This document shows, piece after piece, positions 24,119-37,873 of a stretch of DNA of 64,000 bases. The stretch spans positions 70,558,001-70,622,000 of the forward strand of contig NC_086097.1 of NCBI RefSeq assembly GCF_963921235.1. The letters run 5' to 3'. Made by a program: the position numbers and the translations under genes. How positions within the stretch are numbered: the stretch's first letter is position 1; each line of letters opens with the position of its first letter. Below the pieces are notes generated by a model. It saw only the letters and a list, made by a program, of their open reading frames with translations. It did not search any database and had not been told where the DNA came from. Source of the DNA: Mobula hypostoma (Eukaryota).

Positions 24119-26379
24119 TACACTGTATTCAAAGAAATTTTGCTCAAGGTAGGGGGACGTGTTTAAGATTTGGAGTTTATTATTAGAAGGTGAACAATTA
24201 GCTTTGTGTCACCAAGACAGACAAAATGTTCAGAGTTCATGGAGGTTTGTCCCATGAACAGTGATGACACCAGCACTGTGTTTACCCCAGTTATCTGTCT
24301 CTGTAGACTTTCTGCAGATCAGAAATGTCCAGCCTGCAGCTGGAAACCCCCATTCAACCTCTAAGCCCAGCGGTGCCAGCCAAAGACACCTCAAACTGAG
24401 TGTACAGACACTGAAAGCATCATTCAGAATTTCAGAAATAAATTATCTCAGCATTGTTGCCCTATTGAGGAATAATTTCTAAATCAGAACTGGATTACCT
24501 TAGTATTTTACACAAATAGGACCATTGATTTAAAAGTACAAGTGGTCCATCATAATAAGTAGTCATGGTACTACGATTTAACCTTTTGATTTGCATTTTC
24601 GAAATATTTCTCTCAAGTTTGTCTACCCAAAAACTGACAAGGAATGACCTTTCCCCATTTAAATAAAACTCTTATTATGTCAAATATCATTCTGATTGCT
24701 TTTAAAGCATCCAGATAATCTTCCCATGAAACGTGTCATTGGGCGCAGTTTATTGAAACTAATTGATATCTAATTCCCGTAACATTGGTAACAGCTGGTT
24801 ATTTACTGGCTGACCAAACCAATAGTCTGAAAGCAAAAAATATTCACAGACGACTGGTTAATTTAATGAATAAAGGAGCGTGTATTTAACAAGAAAATCA
24901 TCTAGCTGGAAAATTAAAGAAGCAATCGTAGTGATTATTGATGGCGGTCGCAATCACAGCAAAACACACTAGGAATTAAATGGGAATCTATTATTGAATT
25001 ACGCAACATCATTTTACTAGTACGTGATCTTTTACTGAGAGTGGAAAGTCAATTTCATTGTATTGAGCACTTACGCTGAGAACTGCCTGACCCAATTGCG
25101 TAAATCCACCAGACATATCTTATTTCCTCTCCCTAGGTCACCCAGAAGATATATTAGGGCCTCCAGGAGAAGACAATAAGTTTGAAGTCTTCCTGACAGT
25201 ACTGATCTAGAGCCAGTATTTATCCGTTGATCAGACCCAACAGATAATTGTGGCACATAAGGTGGCTTCTTGCTGTAAGACCATGTTTAATGTCATTTTG
25301 CTCAAACAATGATTAGCCTTTAAAAGAATAAAATGGGTGAAATGTTATAATTTTACTCTTTCTTCATGTTTTAATTTTAAGGTTGTCATGCATGAACGAA
25401 GATTTCCCATCCCTGATGAGGCGAGGTTTTGTCTTCAATCTGTACAATGAGTACGTGATAGATGGATACAGTATAGTGAAAGGATGTCGTCTTCCTCCTG
25501 GAACACGAGAATGACATTTCCATTTCCATTTCTTAGGTTGTTTTTTTTTGTTGTTTTGTTTAACACAATGTACGGTGTGCAATAGTAAAGGATAAAGCCA
25601 GTTTAGAACCAGAGGACAGCGACGTCCTCTTCCACTCCCAGGATATCATTCTGGGGTAGGGCCAGCTCCCTGTGGTACAGCAGTTGCTTGTGCTAGCAAA
25701 ACATATAAAATCTTTGTTTGACGAACTGTATGTGGGTGTATCTCTGCTCTGACAGCAAGAGAGGTAACTCTTTCTGGACCATGTGTGTTCCGGGATCTCG
25801 ATAACCCACTCAGAAGCTATCTCCCTGCTTTTCCTCGAGACTTCTACAGCTAATAATACCAACACTCTCGTGTTTGTCAAGATATTTTGATGTGTGTAGA
25901 CCATGCAGATCTAACATGCTAGTAATCGCACGCTCATTTACAATTTGTTTAGCTTATGCGGTAGGCTAGATGAGAACATTTAATGAGCACAGCTTCTTGT
26001 AGTAATTAGCGGAGCAGTGGTGCCTCACAGATGATTTACAGCAAGTAAAATTAAGGCACGTCTTTCTGAGCTGCAAAGATTTGAAACATAATTTTTTTAA
26101 AAATCAGCAGCTTTTGGAAGAGTGTTTATCTGACAGTTGAAATGCTAACAATAAGATGGCTGTGGAGAAATAACTTCCCATCCTCCCCCAAGGAAAGTTC
26201 CTCCTTAGCAAGTGAGGGCGGTCAGCTTGATGCACGTGGCAGTGACTAATGTATGGATGAACAGTGCCTCCTTCCCACTCTCCACTATGCAACGTTCAGC
26301 AGAGTGGGATGGGATGTGGAGAGGACAGGGGTGCTGTGTTGTGCTCTGCAGCCTGGTAGTGGAGAGGGAGAACATTTAA

Positions 26380-26590
26380 AGGGGGTGTGCAGGTTTACAC
26401 AGAAAATGCAGGGTGGCTGGAATGGACTGCCAGGGTTGGTGATGGGAACAGACACTGTAGTGATATTTGAGATGCTTTTAGCTGGGCCCTTGCAAATGGC
26501 TCATGTGCAGGCAGGGGAGACTTAGTTTAACTTAGTGTCATTTTCAGCGCAGGTGCGATGAGCATCCTGTGTTCCTATCCTGTGTTCTTC
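26380..26590 (+). mobile_element. Decayed CR1 3' fragment
   Basis: tttacacagaaaatgcagggtggctggaatggactgccaggg, similar to the CR1 FFTQRVV..WN.LP end. Confidence 0.55.
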
Positions 26591-27414
26591 CATGAGCGGG
26601 GCCAAATGAGTAAAGTGCAATTGGGGTGAGGGTGAATGGGGGCACTGAGTGAGAAGGGTGGAATTCAAGGTGGGCTGAGGGTGTGGAGATGAATGAAATG
26701 GGAGAGAAGTAAGAGTTGAAGTTGGGTTTAAAAAATGGTGAGAACGGTGGGCTAGAGTAGAAAGCAGAATGGAATATACCTGTCAGAGGACATTAAAGTG
26801 GAGAAGAATTTGCGAGGTTATTGATGTCTGTCCATATGACTCATAATGGATCTGCAGACTGATACAAAATAACAAACCCTTACGCACCTTGTGTCAGCTA
26901 CAGATGAGTAACAAGCAATGGCATTTCTAAAAGGAGAGGAGTAGCAACAAACTGAAAGCATAAAACTGCCCACACTGAGCCAGCAGTCTATTTACAGTGT
27001 ACCTGACTGTCATTTTTAATAGAATGCAAATTGGCTGACTTGAGGAAATGTTGGTCAGCAAGTGGGTGAACATCAGACACATTTGAATAAATTACCTTCC
27101 ATTTATTTTGTTTTGAAATTTACATAAGGTACATTGATAACTGTTATTGTAATTATTCTTGCCCTCCGTATGCACTATGTGCAACAAACAGCATCAGATA
27201 ATTCCGCTTGCATATTACATGCAACAGCAGCTTCATTGTTTCGATCAGAACAGAAATCACAGCCTTTAGATTTGAATCTCCACACTCAAGGTAAGTCTAC
27301 CAAAAATTGGTCAGATTACAATACTGCCATCAATGCCTATAATCCAGATTTATAACTCCAATGATGAGGGAACATTGCACATCTTCCTTGATACCATGGA
27401 GCAAGATCAATGGA

Positions 27415-27543
27415 GATACAAGAGTCTGCAGATTCTGGAAATCTGAAGCAACACACCAAGGAGCTGGAACTCAGTCGATCAGGCAGCATCTATGAAGGGA
27501 AATGGACAGTTGATGTTTTAGAACAAATCCTTACATCAGCACT
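27415..27543 (-). mobile_element. Penelope-derived repeat, hammerhead decayed
   Basis: ctgcagattctggaaatctgaagcaacac...aggcagcatctatg...gttgatgtttt, same family as 5171. Confidence 0.65.
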
Positions 27544-28339
27544 AGAGAAATGATTGATTGAGGAGGAATTAAGTGTTATTATTTATTGGCGTTGCGTCAG
27601 AAGATGGAGATAATCATGGGACAAGGCCCCATGTGTAAGCAGGAGTTACCTTACTCATTTTAGGATATGCAAGAAGTTCAGATTTTAAATTTTGACACAT
27701 CATTGTTCATGATCTAGAACATTTGCAATGTGCAGAATAGAAGAGAGACAGAAGTGTGAAGTGTGAAACTTAAAGGATGGCATTGACTTTTCTAGGGAAG
27801 ATGGGAAAGATTGTAAATGTAATATTGATCAAGACCAGAATTAAAATGAACACAAATCATTATACTTTTTAGACTTGTTGTTGGTGTAGATGTTTCTTGA
27901 AATGGTTACATTTATTGTCCATCCCTGATTGCTCCTGAGAGTGTGGAGCCATATTTAGGGTAGACCATGCATGAATGTAGATTTCTCTTCCCAAAGTTTT
28001 CATTAATGGATGGGGTTTTATAACAATGGTTATTTTACTGAAAGCAAGTTTGAATTTTTTTATATATTTGATAAGAATAACTCATATGCTCCCCTGCTGC
28101 TAATGCTTGTTCATTTTGTTAAGGCCATAACATGACTAAAAGAGAGACAATACATGCCCAGGGGGTAAATGATTTTAAACCTAATTTTGTTCCTACTAAC
28201 TATATTACATGGAAGCAAGTATTGGTATACTTTGAGAAAGGGCAAGTTCACAGTTGATGTTGGGGTGCATTCCTAACCAGATTGCTCAATTCAAGGAAGA
28301 TTACAAAAGAATATATTTAGAATCATTGAGGAGAAAGTG

Positions 28340-28590
28340 TCACATAGAATGGAGTCTGGTTCTTTAGCATCTACTTGCACTAATCCTATTTCTCTCATCC
28401 TTAGTTCTGGGCCACATCCCCACACAAAGGACAATTTACAGGAGCGAATTGATCTACCAACCAGCATATCTTTGGCATATGGGAGTAAACTAGAGCACCC
28501 AGGAGAAACCAATGAGGTCAAAGGAAGAAGATGCAAACTCCACCCTCATGCAGTGGTTCAAATGAGGATTGAACTACTTGTTCCTTGAGG
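28340..28590 (-). mobile_element. Degenerate V-type tRNA SINE
   Basis: ggacaatttacag...ctaccaacc...ttggcatatgggagtaaactagagcacccaggagaaacc...tgcaaactccac. Confidence 0.65.
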
Positions 28591-30829
28591 AAAAGATCAC
28601 AATTGTTCAACACTTTTCTCACCATAGAATGCCTTCAAGTATTTCACAGCAAAGGAGTATGTATATAAATAATCTTCTCATGTCACTAAATTGTTAAGAA
28701 TTGTTTAATTAATATTGTTTATTTCAAACAATTCAAAAATTTATCATATTAAGTACAATTTAATCCATTTGATTTTATTTTGTACTTCATATAAAGTTGC
28801 TACAGACTATTAAATAATCTCATCAGGAAAATTGTTTTTCCTGTTTGTAAATTTATCAATAAATATAAATAAACAAATTCTGTGTTGCATTGGGAGTTTC
28901 AGTGAAGCAAAAGTTTTGGGTTTACTTACAGTCCATTAGTTTAGGAAAAATTGCATGAAATTATCCTACAATGAGATTACCTTTATTTGCCACAGAGCTT
29001 TTGTACAGCAACCAAATATATTATTTTGTATTTCAACGAAGAGCTTTACGGGCTCTAAGAGATTTTACCAGCCACTTCCTGAATATAAAAAAATATGCAT
29101 TAATGCTCTGCATGTGTCTGGTAATTTTGATGCAAATAGCAGCTTTCAAAAGGTTGCTTTGAGGGTGGCTCAGTAGCTCAAGTGATTGAGTGCTTGACTC
29201 TCAATTGGACTATTGTCAATTCAAGTTCTGGGCTGCTGTCACTCAAAGTCCCCTGACAGTTTGGAGCTTCTTGGTTTCACCCATTCAACTGCTGCAATGG
29301 CAAGCAAGCCAGTTGTGATTTCTGCCATCATTTGTGTCACTTAATCGGTGACTAAAAGAGAGACAGTATCTGCCCAGGGGGTAAATGGTTTTAGATCTAA
29401 AATGGATATTGCACCTTGATCGGGCACTTTGCTGAGCACTCCTTTCTGATGAAACATTAACTGCTTTATTCCTTTATCCGGTGAAGGTCTGAATATATTC
29501 ACTTCTCGGGTCTGAATGTCTGTAATTTGCAACATAATATTCCGCAATTATCTGCTCTGCAAACTTCTGTGATGAGCTCATCCTGAGACCCATCAGATTG
29601 TGGGATTCAGTCTGGCACTTGTACAGCTGCAATATTGGGTGTTCACATGCAGCTCTAGGGAACAAGCTGTTCTTCCCATATTGACCCAGAGTTCGCTCCA
29701 AACTTTCATCAACTATTTGAGAGTTAAGGTTAAATAGGGTTGTTCTTGAACTACATATACAAAAATATTTTAAAATAAATTTTAAAATCATATTCTTTCA
29801 CCTCTTCCTTCCTCAAAGCATTTCAGGCCACACATTTCAATGTCAGCAAAGTAGTCTATTTTCTAGTGCCACTAAAAAATATGTCTGCACAGTTCAACAA
29901 GCAGACCGTTGGCTTAGATTGCCCATCACTGTGGGTATCTACAGGCTTTGTCCAACACATCATGGCTTGGTATTCTAACTTACTGTATCTAATAACCTTA
30001 CCTTCAAATAATTTACCATATAGCAAATTGCTGTTGGATAGGGCACCAATCCATTACTGCAGCAAAATGCTTTTCTTTCTCTCAAGGTGGAATTTTCACA
30101 ATTTTTTTGTATCAATTCCTTTGAAGTTATGTGAAGTCCCTTATTATTCAATTGTTCCTCCTGAAATATTTTATATATTTAGACTTAAGGGTATATCTAA
30201 TACAAGTTAAGCCAGGGATCAGATATATAACTTCTCTTAGTCATGGTGCCTTGGTATGATGCCAATAATATATAGTCCATCAGACTTTGACTTGAAAGCT
30301 ATCTGGAGCTGTGACCCTACAGATAAAGGTTATATCTAAATTATGGAATGATCTTCAAAAAATTGTGCAGATAAGACATAAATTTGCAGGGAAGTTCCAT
30401 TCATACTCTATTAATTGTGATAAGAGCATTTATGTGTGGAATTAGGGGGAGGGAGTTGAGCCTTGGGAGCAGCCAACGAGGAAGGCAGAAAACCTGGAGG
30501 CGATAGTGCCAGTGATCTTCCAAAATATAGGGCTGTCAGTCAGACAATATGACCCATTGTGGGAGCTGCAATTTTCAAACATCACAATTTCTGATTCACA
30601 TCAGATAAGATGGATTCAATAAAAAGCTTTTTCAGCTGGATAGATCAATAAGTAAAATATTGTTGTGTTGTCTGGTTATGAAGTGCAATGTTCTTAAAAA
30701 TTAATCACTTGGTTTTGTTGCACAGAACACTATTTGGCCTTTGCCTTTCAAAATAAGATGATATTTAATCTCATTCCTAGTAAGACTACTCATCTCATAA
30801 CAGCAATTTGCAACCTTTGGCATGAAGGA

Positions 30830-31245
30830 AGTAATTATGAGGAGAGATTGGATAGGCTGGCACTGTTTTTTCCTTGGAAACATGGGAGATTGGTGGGTGC
30901 CTTCGTAAAGGTTTATGATATTATGAGTGGCATTTTAAAGGTAGATAGTCACAGCTTTTTCCCCAGGGTATGGGGAATCCAAAACTGGAAAGTGTAGGTT
31001 TAAGGTGAGAGGTGAAAGATTTAAAAGGATCTGAGAAGCAAATTTTCACACAGTTGATGGTGGGTACATAGAATGAATAAGGAGGAAAATGAAGAAAGTG
31101 CAATAACAACATTTAAAGTACATTTGGACAGGTAAGTGGAGAGAAAATATTTTGAGAGATACAGGTCAAACAGGCATACGGGATTAGGGTAGATAGTCAT
31201 CTTGGTCAGCATTGATAAGTTAGGCTAAAGTCTATGACTCTGCAA
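30830..31245 (+). mobile_element. CR1 3' fragment
   Basis: NYEERLDRLALF...KVYDIMSG; tail tctatgactct. Confidence 0.75.
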
Positions 31246-31807
31246 CTGGATGAATCTTTATGAATCAGTACATACTTACATTTTTTTTGTAAGGATTGAT
31301 CTGTGAAAATAAAGCAATGCCAAATAAAATCAGATCAGTATTCCTGGGTGTCCAGCAACAATCATTTTTTAAAGATGCTGTGGGTTAGGTTTTGTCTTTC
31401 TCTGGCAGACTGTGAAATATGCACTTCAAACCTGCCATTTTTTAAACATATATTCTTATTTTCATTCTTATTGAAAGTTAAAATCTATGGCTAAATCTGC
31501 CAGCAATTGAAATTGATAGTAGCAGAGACAGAAAGAAAGTGTTTGTCATTGAGCTTCCCTTTGTATAAAGGAATACCACTACATCACAGTTACGTATGGT
31601 GCCATTGTCCAATACTGAAATTGTTTATGTTCTGTGAATGTCTGTGGCTAAGGCACTATGAAATGACTACTCAGGGCTTTGGGTCAATCTCATTTAAAGT
31701 ACAGGTAGTTCACCTGCAAGGCATGTTTCCATACCACAAATTGATTATGACATTATTGATGGCTCAGGTAATGTTATTTACATTATGCAAGCTGCATTGA
31801 TTATAAG

Positions 31808-33310
31808 ATAATAATAAATATCATCATCATTATGTGCCTTGCCCTATGATGTGGATGATCGTGGTCTTCCATCCGTCTTTAATCTGTGAAGTTCTAATAA
31901 GCTTTCCAAAACTTTTGCCTGTCCATCCATTGTTATAACTCACGAAGGCCATGTGCTGTTGACCATGACTTTTTTCCCCATCAATTTTTCACATCACTAT
32001 GAGATGTTTAAGCTTCTCTTTCCTCAGTACATGTCCCAGAATTTCCAGCTGCTTCTTCATGACTGATGATATCATCTCTCTTCTTATTCCAGCTTTTTGT
32101 GCACTTCCTCATTTGTTTCTCTGTTCTTCCACAATATTTTCATCATTCTTCTCAAAAGCCACATTTCTGCTGCTTTGAGTCTTTGAGTATGCTTTGATAT
32201 TGTCCAACATTCACTTCCCTATGTTAGTTTGGAATGAATATGTCACAACATGGATTCAGCAGCGCAGCAGATGTGGCAATTATGCTCGTAAATATGCACG
32301 TCAGCGAATTATTATTTCATGGTGATGGTGTTTAACTACATTCTTTTCATCGTAGCACTTGCTGAGACTTGAACAAAACAGCAGTTTTGCTGCCTGTTTG
32401 CATTCGGTCTTGCCTGAGAAAATTGGACTGTCGAGTCAACTGACTCTGAAGACTAGCGGTATTCATTTTATATTTAGTTATTCCTTTCAGCTGCAGTGTT
32501 GGCTTTGTTTTCCATTTGAGAGTTTTAGTTAACGACCCTGTTTTGGCCTAGCATTTACTGTTTACTTTTCCCTCTAACTCTGTTCACATTAAAGTCTGTG
32601 AACTATCGACCCTCTTCAGTGTCTCCCTCTCCACACTTGGCCATATCTGAACGCAGTGACAGAACTTAGCTCTGCAACACTGAGTTTTCATAACCATAGA
32701 AGTTATGTTATTCTTTAATACCTTGCTCAAACACTTGAAAATGCATTTAGCAATCAAACCCTCCTCCTAATTTCACCATTAGTCCTACCATCAGATGTTA
32801 TTGTGCTCCCTAAGTAATTGAACTTCCACATTTGTTTAATTGTTTCACTGCCCACTTTCAGTATTTCTTTCTTCCTCGCGACAACCGTACATTCGGTCTT
32901 CTTGCAGCTGGTCAATCCTCTATTTGCACCTTCTTCAACAACTTCATCAGTGTTTCTTGGACATTTTCTTTAGAAGTAGCTGTGTCATCTGTGTTCTGTA
33001 GGTGGTTCAAGTTGTATCCACTAATTATTATGCCTGGAACACTGCTAATTTCTCTTAGAATTTTCTCACTATAAAGGGTGTTTGTCAGCTGGGAGAATAC
33101 AACCCTGTCTGATTCTCCTCGAAATCTGGACAAGATCATGTGTCTCATTTTCAGCTCTCATTCCTGCTCTTTGTTCCCAATACAAGTGTTGGTTGATTCT
33201 GATATCTTTCCCATCAACGTCCAAGTGCTGAAGGATTTTTATAAGCTCTTCATAAATGGATCCAATTATCTATTGTCTGATGCCAGGAAGACAATCTCTG
33301 AAGAGTATTG
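31808..33310 (-). mobile_element. RTE (BovB-like) LINE 3' half: RT C-terminus to tail
   Basis: Minus frames RGIRQGC, YSEKILREI...GIIISGYNLNHLQNTDDT, LGHVLRKEKL; (ATC)n/(ATA)n tail at ~31808-31830. Confidence 0.8.
32241..32661 (+). mobile_element. Solo LTR inserted in the RTE
   Basis: Starts TGTCAC and ends GTGACA; attaaa at ~32588; imperfect flanks gaata/gaact; RTE sequence resumes on both sides. Confidence 0.75.
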
Positions 33311-33314
33311 ATGA

Positions 33315-35150
33315 TGGCAGGGATCACAAGTCTTGCAAAGATATTGCCCAGAAGAAGGCAATGGCAAACCACATGTTGAAAATTTGCCAAGAGCAGTCCT
33401 GGTCATGGATAGAGAAATGAATAAGAACAACAGTGTGTAAGAGGTCTTCCCCACAGATAACGATCCCTCACTTGGTAGAGACACTCATGTACAACAGGTG
33501 AGACTTGACTGTCATCGGGCTGCTCTCCGCAACAAAGATACCATCAAAATAGCAGCGTGGAATGTGAGAACTCTTCATCAAGCTGGAAATCTAGAGAATG
33601 TGAAGCAAGAAATGGAATTTCCAAAGTCAACATCATGGGTTTGTGTGAGACAAGGTGGAAAGGGACTGGATGTTTTGATTCCGAACAATACAAATCAATC
33701 TATTCGGGTAGTATGGGAATAATGCTTGATGCTGAAAGAAGCAAAAGCCTTATGGGATTATGGGCATTACTGAGCAGAGTACTGCTGGTGAAACTCCAAG
33801 GTAACCTATGAACATTTCAATAATATATGCTCCAACAGCCAATGGTAGTGAAGATATAGAAAGTTTTCATGTTACCTAGCAAGAATCAAAGGACCATTGC
33901 AAATCACAAGTTATCATTACGGTGAATGCTAAATTTGGACAACAATTAGATGGTGATATTGTCAGTGCATTTGGATTGAAACCAGGAACAACAGAGCAGA
34001 GAGATTCGTAAACTGGTGTCATGTGAATGATCAGATAATAGTTGGTTTAAGATGGTGCTGGTGAATCACAAAGACTTCTGGCTGGTGGCTAACGAAACAA
34101 GGAAAACAAGCAACTACTTCGTAAATCACTCTTTTTCTGGCAAATGATCATCACAAGCAATAATCTGTAACGGGGCTTGGAGGCAATTTGATGTGGCAGA
34201 GCCAAGGTGAGGCAGGGCAGTGGGCCTGTCACCGAGCATGAGGAAGGCCCAAGGTTCAATCAATTTAAGTGGTGTGCTGAGTCAGAAAGGTTGGGTACAC
34301 GCCAAATCAAGATGGTGGGGTTCAGGCACCACAGCGTATTGAACAACGAGTTAAGCACCGGGTCAGATTGAAAAGGTCAGGGTGTTGGGGCCTTACACGA
34401 GGAATGGGCCAGTTCAGTTCACTGCCCTGTGACATTTACTTGGTTCTGTGCTGAACTATGGGTCTCAGACTCACTTTGTGGACTTCAGTTCAGAATACTA
34501 TTTGCTTGTGGTTGTTGTGTGCATGATTTGCGTTTTTTTCTTTTCTCTACACATTGGGGTGTTTGATGGTCTTTCTTTATGGGTTCTTTTGGGTTTCGCC
34601 TGTTAGGAATCAAATCTCAAGGTTGTATAACGTATACATACTTTGATAATAAATGTACTTTGGACTTTTGAACAAACGCATGGCTCAAGCAGCACATAAG
34701 AAGTTTGTGGACTTGGAGAAGCCCAGAAAATTGGTATCTCAGTCAAATAGACTACATCACAATCAGCAAGCAAGCATTTCAGGAATGCTGTGCAGCAGTC
34801 CAAGGCATATCCAGCGTGGATTGTGAGAGTGGCCATGTTCCAGTGATATGCAAAGCTAAAGGATAAGCTTAGACAGTTAAAGAATTCTCAGGGTAATCCC
34901 AAATTAGATCTGCTTACTTTAAAGATCCAGACATGAAGATAAAATACACTGTAACAGTGAAGAGCAGATTTGAAGCTCTGTTAGTGGAGAACCAAGCTAG
35001 ATGAAGTTCAAAAAAGGCAGTGGTGGATGTGCCTCATGAAATGTTACCAAAAGAGAGAAAAGAGAAAGAAAAATGGCTGACAGATGAAATTCTGAATCGA
35101 ATGAAAGAAAGTCAAAACTCTGAACAAAGAATAAGATGATCACAATCAAG
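33315..35150 (+). mobile_element. RTE LINE 5' half: 5' UTR and APE endonuclease, decayed
   Basis: gaaggcaatggcaaaccac 5' UTR motif; IKIAAWNVRTL, IMGLCETRWKG, IYAPTA, LWTWRSP..SQIDYITI, WLTDEIL. Confidence 0.8.
34048..34672 (+). mobile_element. Non-autonomous Rex1-type element inside the RTE endonuclease
   Basis: Starts aagatggtg; ends aaatctcaaggttgtat...tttgataataaatgtactttggactttt. Confidence 0.6.
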
Positions 35151-35237
35151 AAAACCTGTTTAAATCTTTGCTTCGAAGGCAGCGCTGGCCTGTTGGGATG
35201 TAACACAACTTTCTATAATGTCAAGCTTCCCGGAAAG

Positions 35238-35670
35238 GGAATCAGAGTCAGAATCAGGTTTAATATCACCGGCATGTGTTGTGAAATTTGTAAACTTAAC
35301 GGCAGCTGTACAATGCAATGCATGATAATATAGAAAGAAAAAAATAAGCAAATCAATTACAGTAAGTATATATATATGTATATTAAATAGTTAATTTAAA
35401 AATAGTGCAAAAGCAGAAATAATAAAAGGTAGGTAGTGTTCATGGGTTCAACGTCCATTTTAAGAAATGGGATGGCAGAGGGGAAGAAGGTGTTCCTGAA
35501 TTGCTGAGTGTGTGCCTTTAGGCTTCTGTACCTCCTTCCTGATGGTAACAATGAGAAGAGGGCATGTCCTGGGTGGTGAGGGTCCTTAACGATGAATGCT
35601 GCCTTTCTGAGCCATCGCTCCATGAAGGTGTCTTGGATATTACAGAGGCTAGTACCCAAGATGGAGCCGA
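35238..35670 (-). mobile_element. Rex1/Babar 3' end
   Basis: KDPHHPGHALFSLLPSGRRYRSLKAHT; (ATTCTG)n tail. Confidence 0.85.
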
Positions 35671-36119
35671 CCAATAATCACATTACAGCAGAACTACCTG
35701 TATTGTATCCACCACCTCAGCCCTCACCTCAGGAACGACTTGTGGCTGTAGAAGAGGTAGAAAGATGGGCAACATGTATGAAAAGGGAGCATGCCTTACA
35801 ATATTCCACACTGAAGATGGACTTGATGCCCTGGATTTCTAGTTTCGGAAACACGGAGCGGAAAGAGCTGCTTTCTTCTAGCTGTGTACAACAGCAAAGT
35901 TCATCACTGAGCGGCAGATGATGTATTTTGGGGGTGTGGCTTTTATGGTTCAGTAGCTAATGGTGAGTAACTGTGAGATGTGGGGAGTAGTGCCAACTGT
36001 GTGTGGGTGCTACAGTGTCTATCAATATTAGGAATATGTCCTGAATGTTAAAGAATTTTTGTACTTGAGCAAAGAAATGTGATGAATTGAGTAGTTTACC
36101 CAGTTATTATTTCTTTATT

Positions 36120-36385
36120 GATTTATTGGGATTCAGCATGGAATAGGCCCTTCTGGCTCTTTGAGCCACGCCACCCAGCAATTCCCCAGTTTCTAATCCT
36201 AGCCTTTATCTCGGGACAATTTAGAATGACCCAATAACCCACCAACCGGTACGTCTTTAGGGTGTGGGAGGAAACACACACGGTCAGGGGTAGAACATAC
36301 AAACTCCTTACAGGCAGTGGTGGGAATTGAACCCGGGTCATCTGCACTGTAAACCACTGTGCTAACCACTACGCTACTGTGACAC
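36120..36385 (-). mobile_element. tRNA-derived SINE
   Basis: Minus strand gtagcgtagtggttagcac (A box)...gggttcaattccc (B box)...gtaaggagtttgtatgttct core and CR1-type tail. Confidence 0.85.
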
Positions 36386-37873
36386 CCCTACAGTTGTGAG
36401 GAAAAAAAGCATTAATTGTACTGATTATGCATTTGAGATTGAATTTTTTCCATCCATTTCTGAGGATTAACTTCTTGCCTTGTTATCTATGTATGTTCCT
36501 CTTCAATATATATATCTGGAGAGATTCCTGTACGTAGAAGACATCCCTTCTCCTTCACAGCTCCCTAATCACAGCTGCTGGTACATAGTCAAAAAATGAT
36601 GGCACTCACTCTTTTCCATGGTTGGTCATTCTTTGATTTCACCAAAGTAATCTCCTCATAGAATCCCTGGCAGGGCTTTCTGCAAGCACAATACTTCAAG
36701 CCTTTGAGAGCTGCAGACTAATTTGAACTGGACCCATTGCTAATGATATTGACCCACACTCTTAATGATTTGTCCAGCTAATGAGCAGGATTGTTGGGGC
36801 TGGGTGCGGCAGTCATTGTAATGAGCAGACAGAACAAAGTTGGCATGCTGCCTGTATTCCACTCAATGAGTGGTTAATTGTGCACTGCAATTCCTGCACC
36901 TGTATTTGGGAGTTGCTGAATATTATCACCGTAGTCCTTCGCATCAGGAGATTTTCAGGCAGAGCTTTCAGGTTTTATGTTCAAGCAGTTGGAAGATTGA
37001 ACGTTAACAAAGGCAAATGTAACAGTCTGCACACGATCACCACATAAACACAGGTGACCAATGTGTGATACTCTATTTTATGCTGTTCTCCAAAATTTAA
37101 ATGAAATATTTTTAAATGCATGTTATTTTTTGACATCTACTGTTTCAGCCTATAAACAGACTCTACACACTGTACACTGCTGACCCCTATGAAGGATAAC
37201 AACAAAGGATAGAAAAGGATTTAAAACTGTTGCAGAATAAATGGAATATGACAACATCTTCCCAGTGGTTCCTGTCGTGAACTTGACAGAACACAGCATC
37301 AGTGGATAGAGCATTTCAGAATTAAGATTACTGCCCATTCTCTATTTTAACAAAGTGAAAACAGTATTTCTCTGCAATGTTGTCTCCTACACCTAAGGTG
37401 TGCAGTAAAATGGTGTGCTGAATGTCAATACCTAATTATCATGTTAATACCTTGGTATATGTTACCATCACATTGTGATGACAGTAACACTAAACCGCCT
37501 CTTATTTCCACATCATGAGAAGGTGGTGACAAGTCAACATTGTGTTTTGATCTTTCTGATGAGTATCAGAATCTTTAGGGAGTCCAATTCATCACTGACC
37601 AATCATTTCTTTCATTGTTTTATATTGAACAATCAAGCTTTCATTTCTTTGCTGAAAGGCCTGGCAATTGCCAAAAGCCAGATAGAATATAAAACAGTAA
37701 CAGGCTTTACAGTTTGTGCCAAACAAGATTTCAAATTTACCTACACATCTGCCCACATGTTGTCTATATCACTCCATTTCCAATCTGTCCATATGTTTGC
37801 CTAAATGCCTCTTAAATGTTGCTATCTTATCTGCTTCTACCACTTCCTGTGGCAGCACTTTCTAGGCTCTGAC

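Noticed and set aside
27134..27355. ORF with PLDL motif and a strong donor at ~27291
   Set aside because: Weak acceptor; the short motif is likely chance.
29160..29235. tRNA-like sequence
   Set aside because: No complete cloverleaf; at most a decayed SINE head.
33315..33400. Possible ribozyme in the RTE 5' UTR (gaaggcaatggcaaaccac)
   Set aside because: Too decayed to assign P1-P4 pairings.
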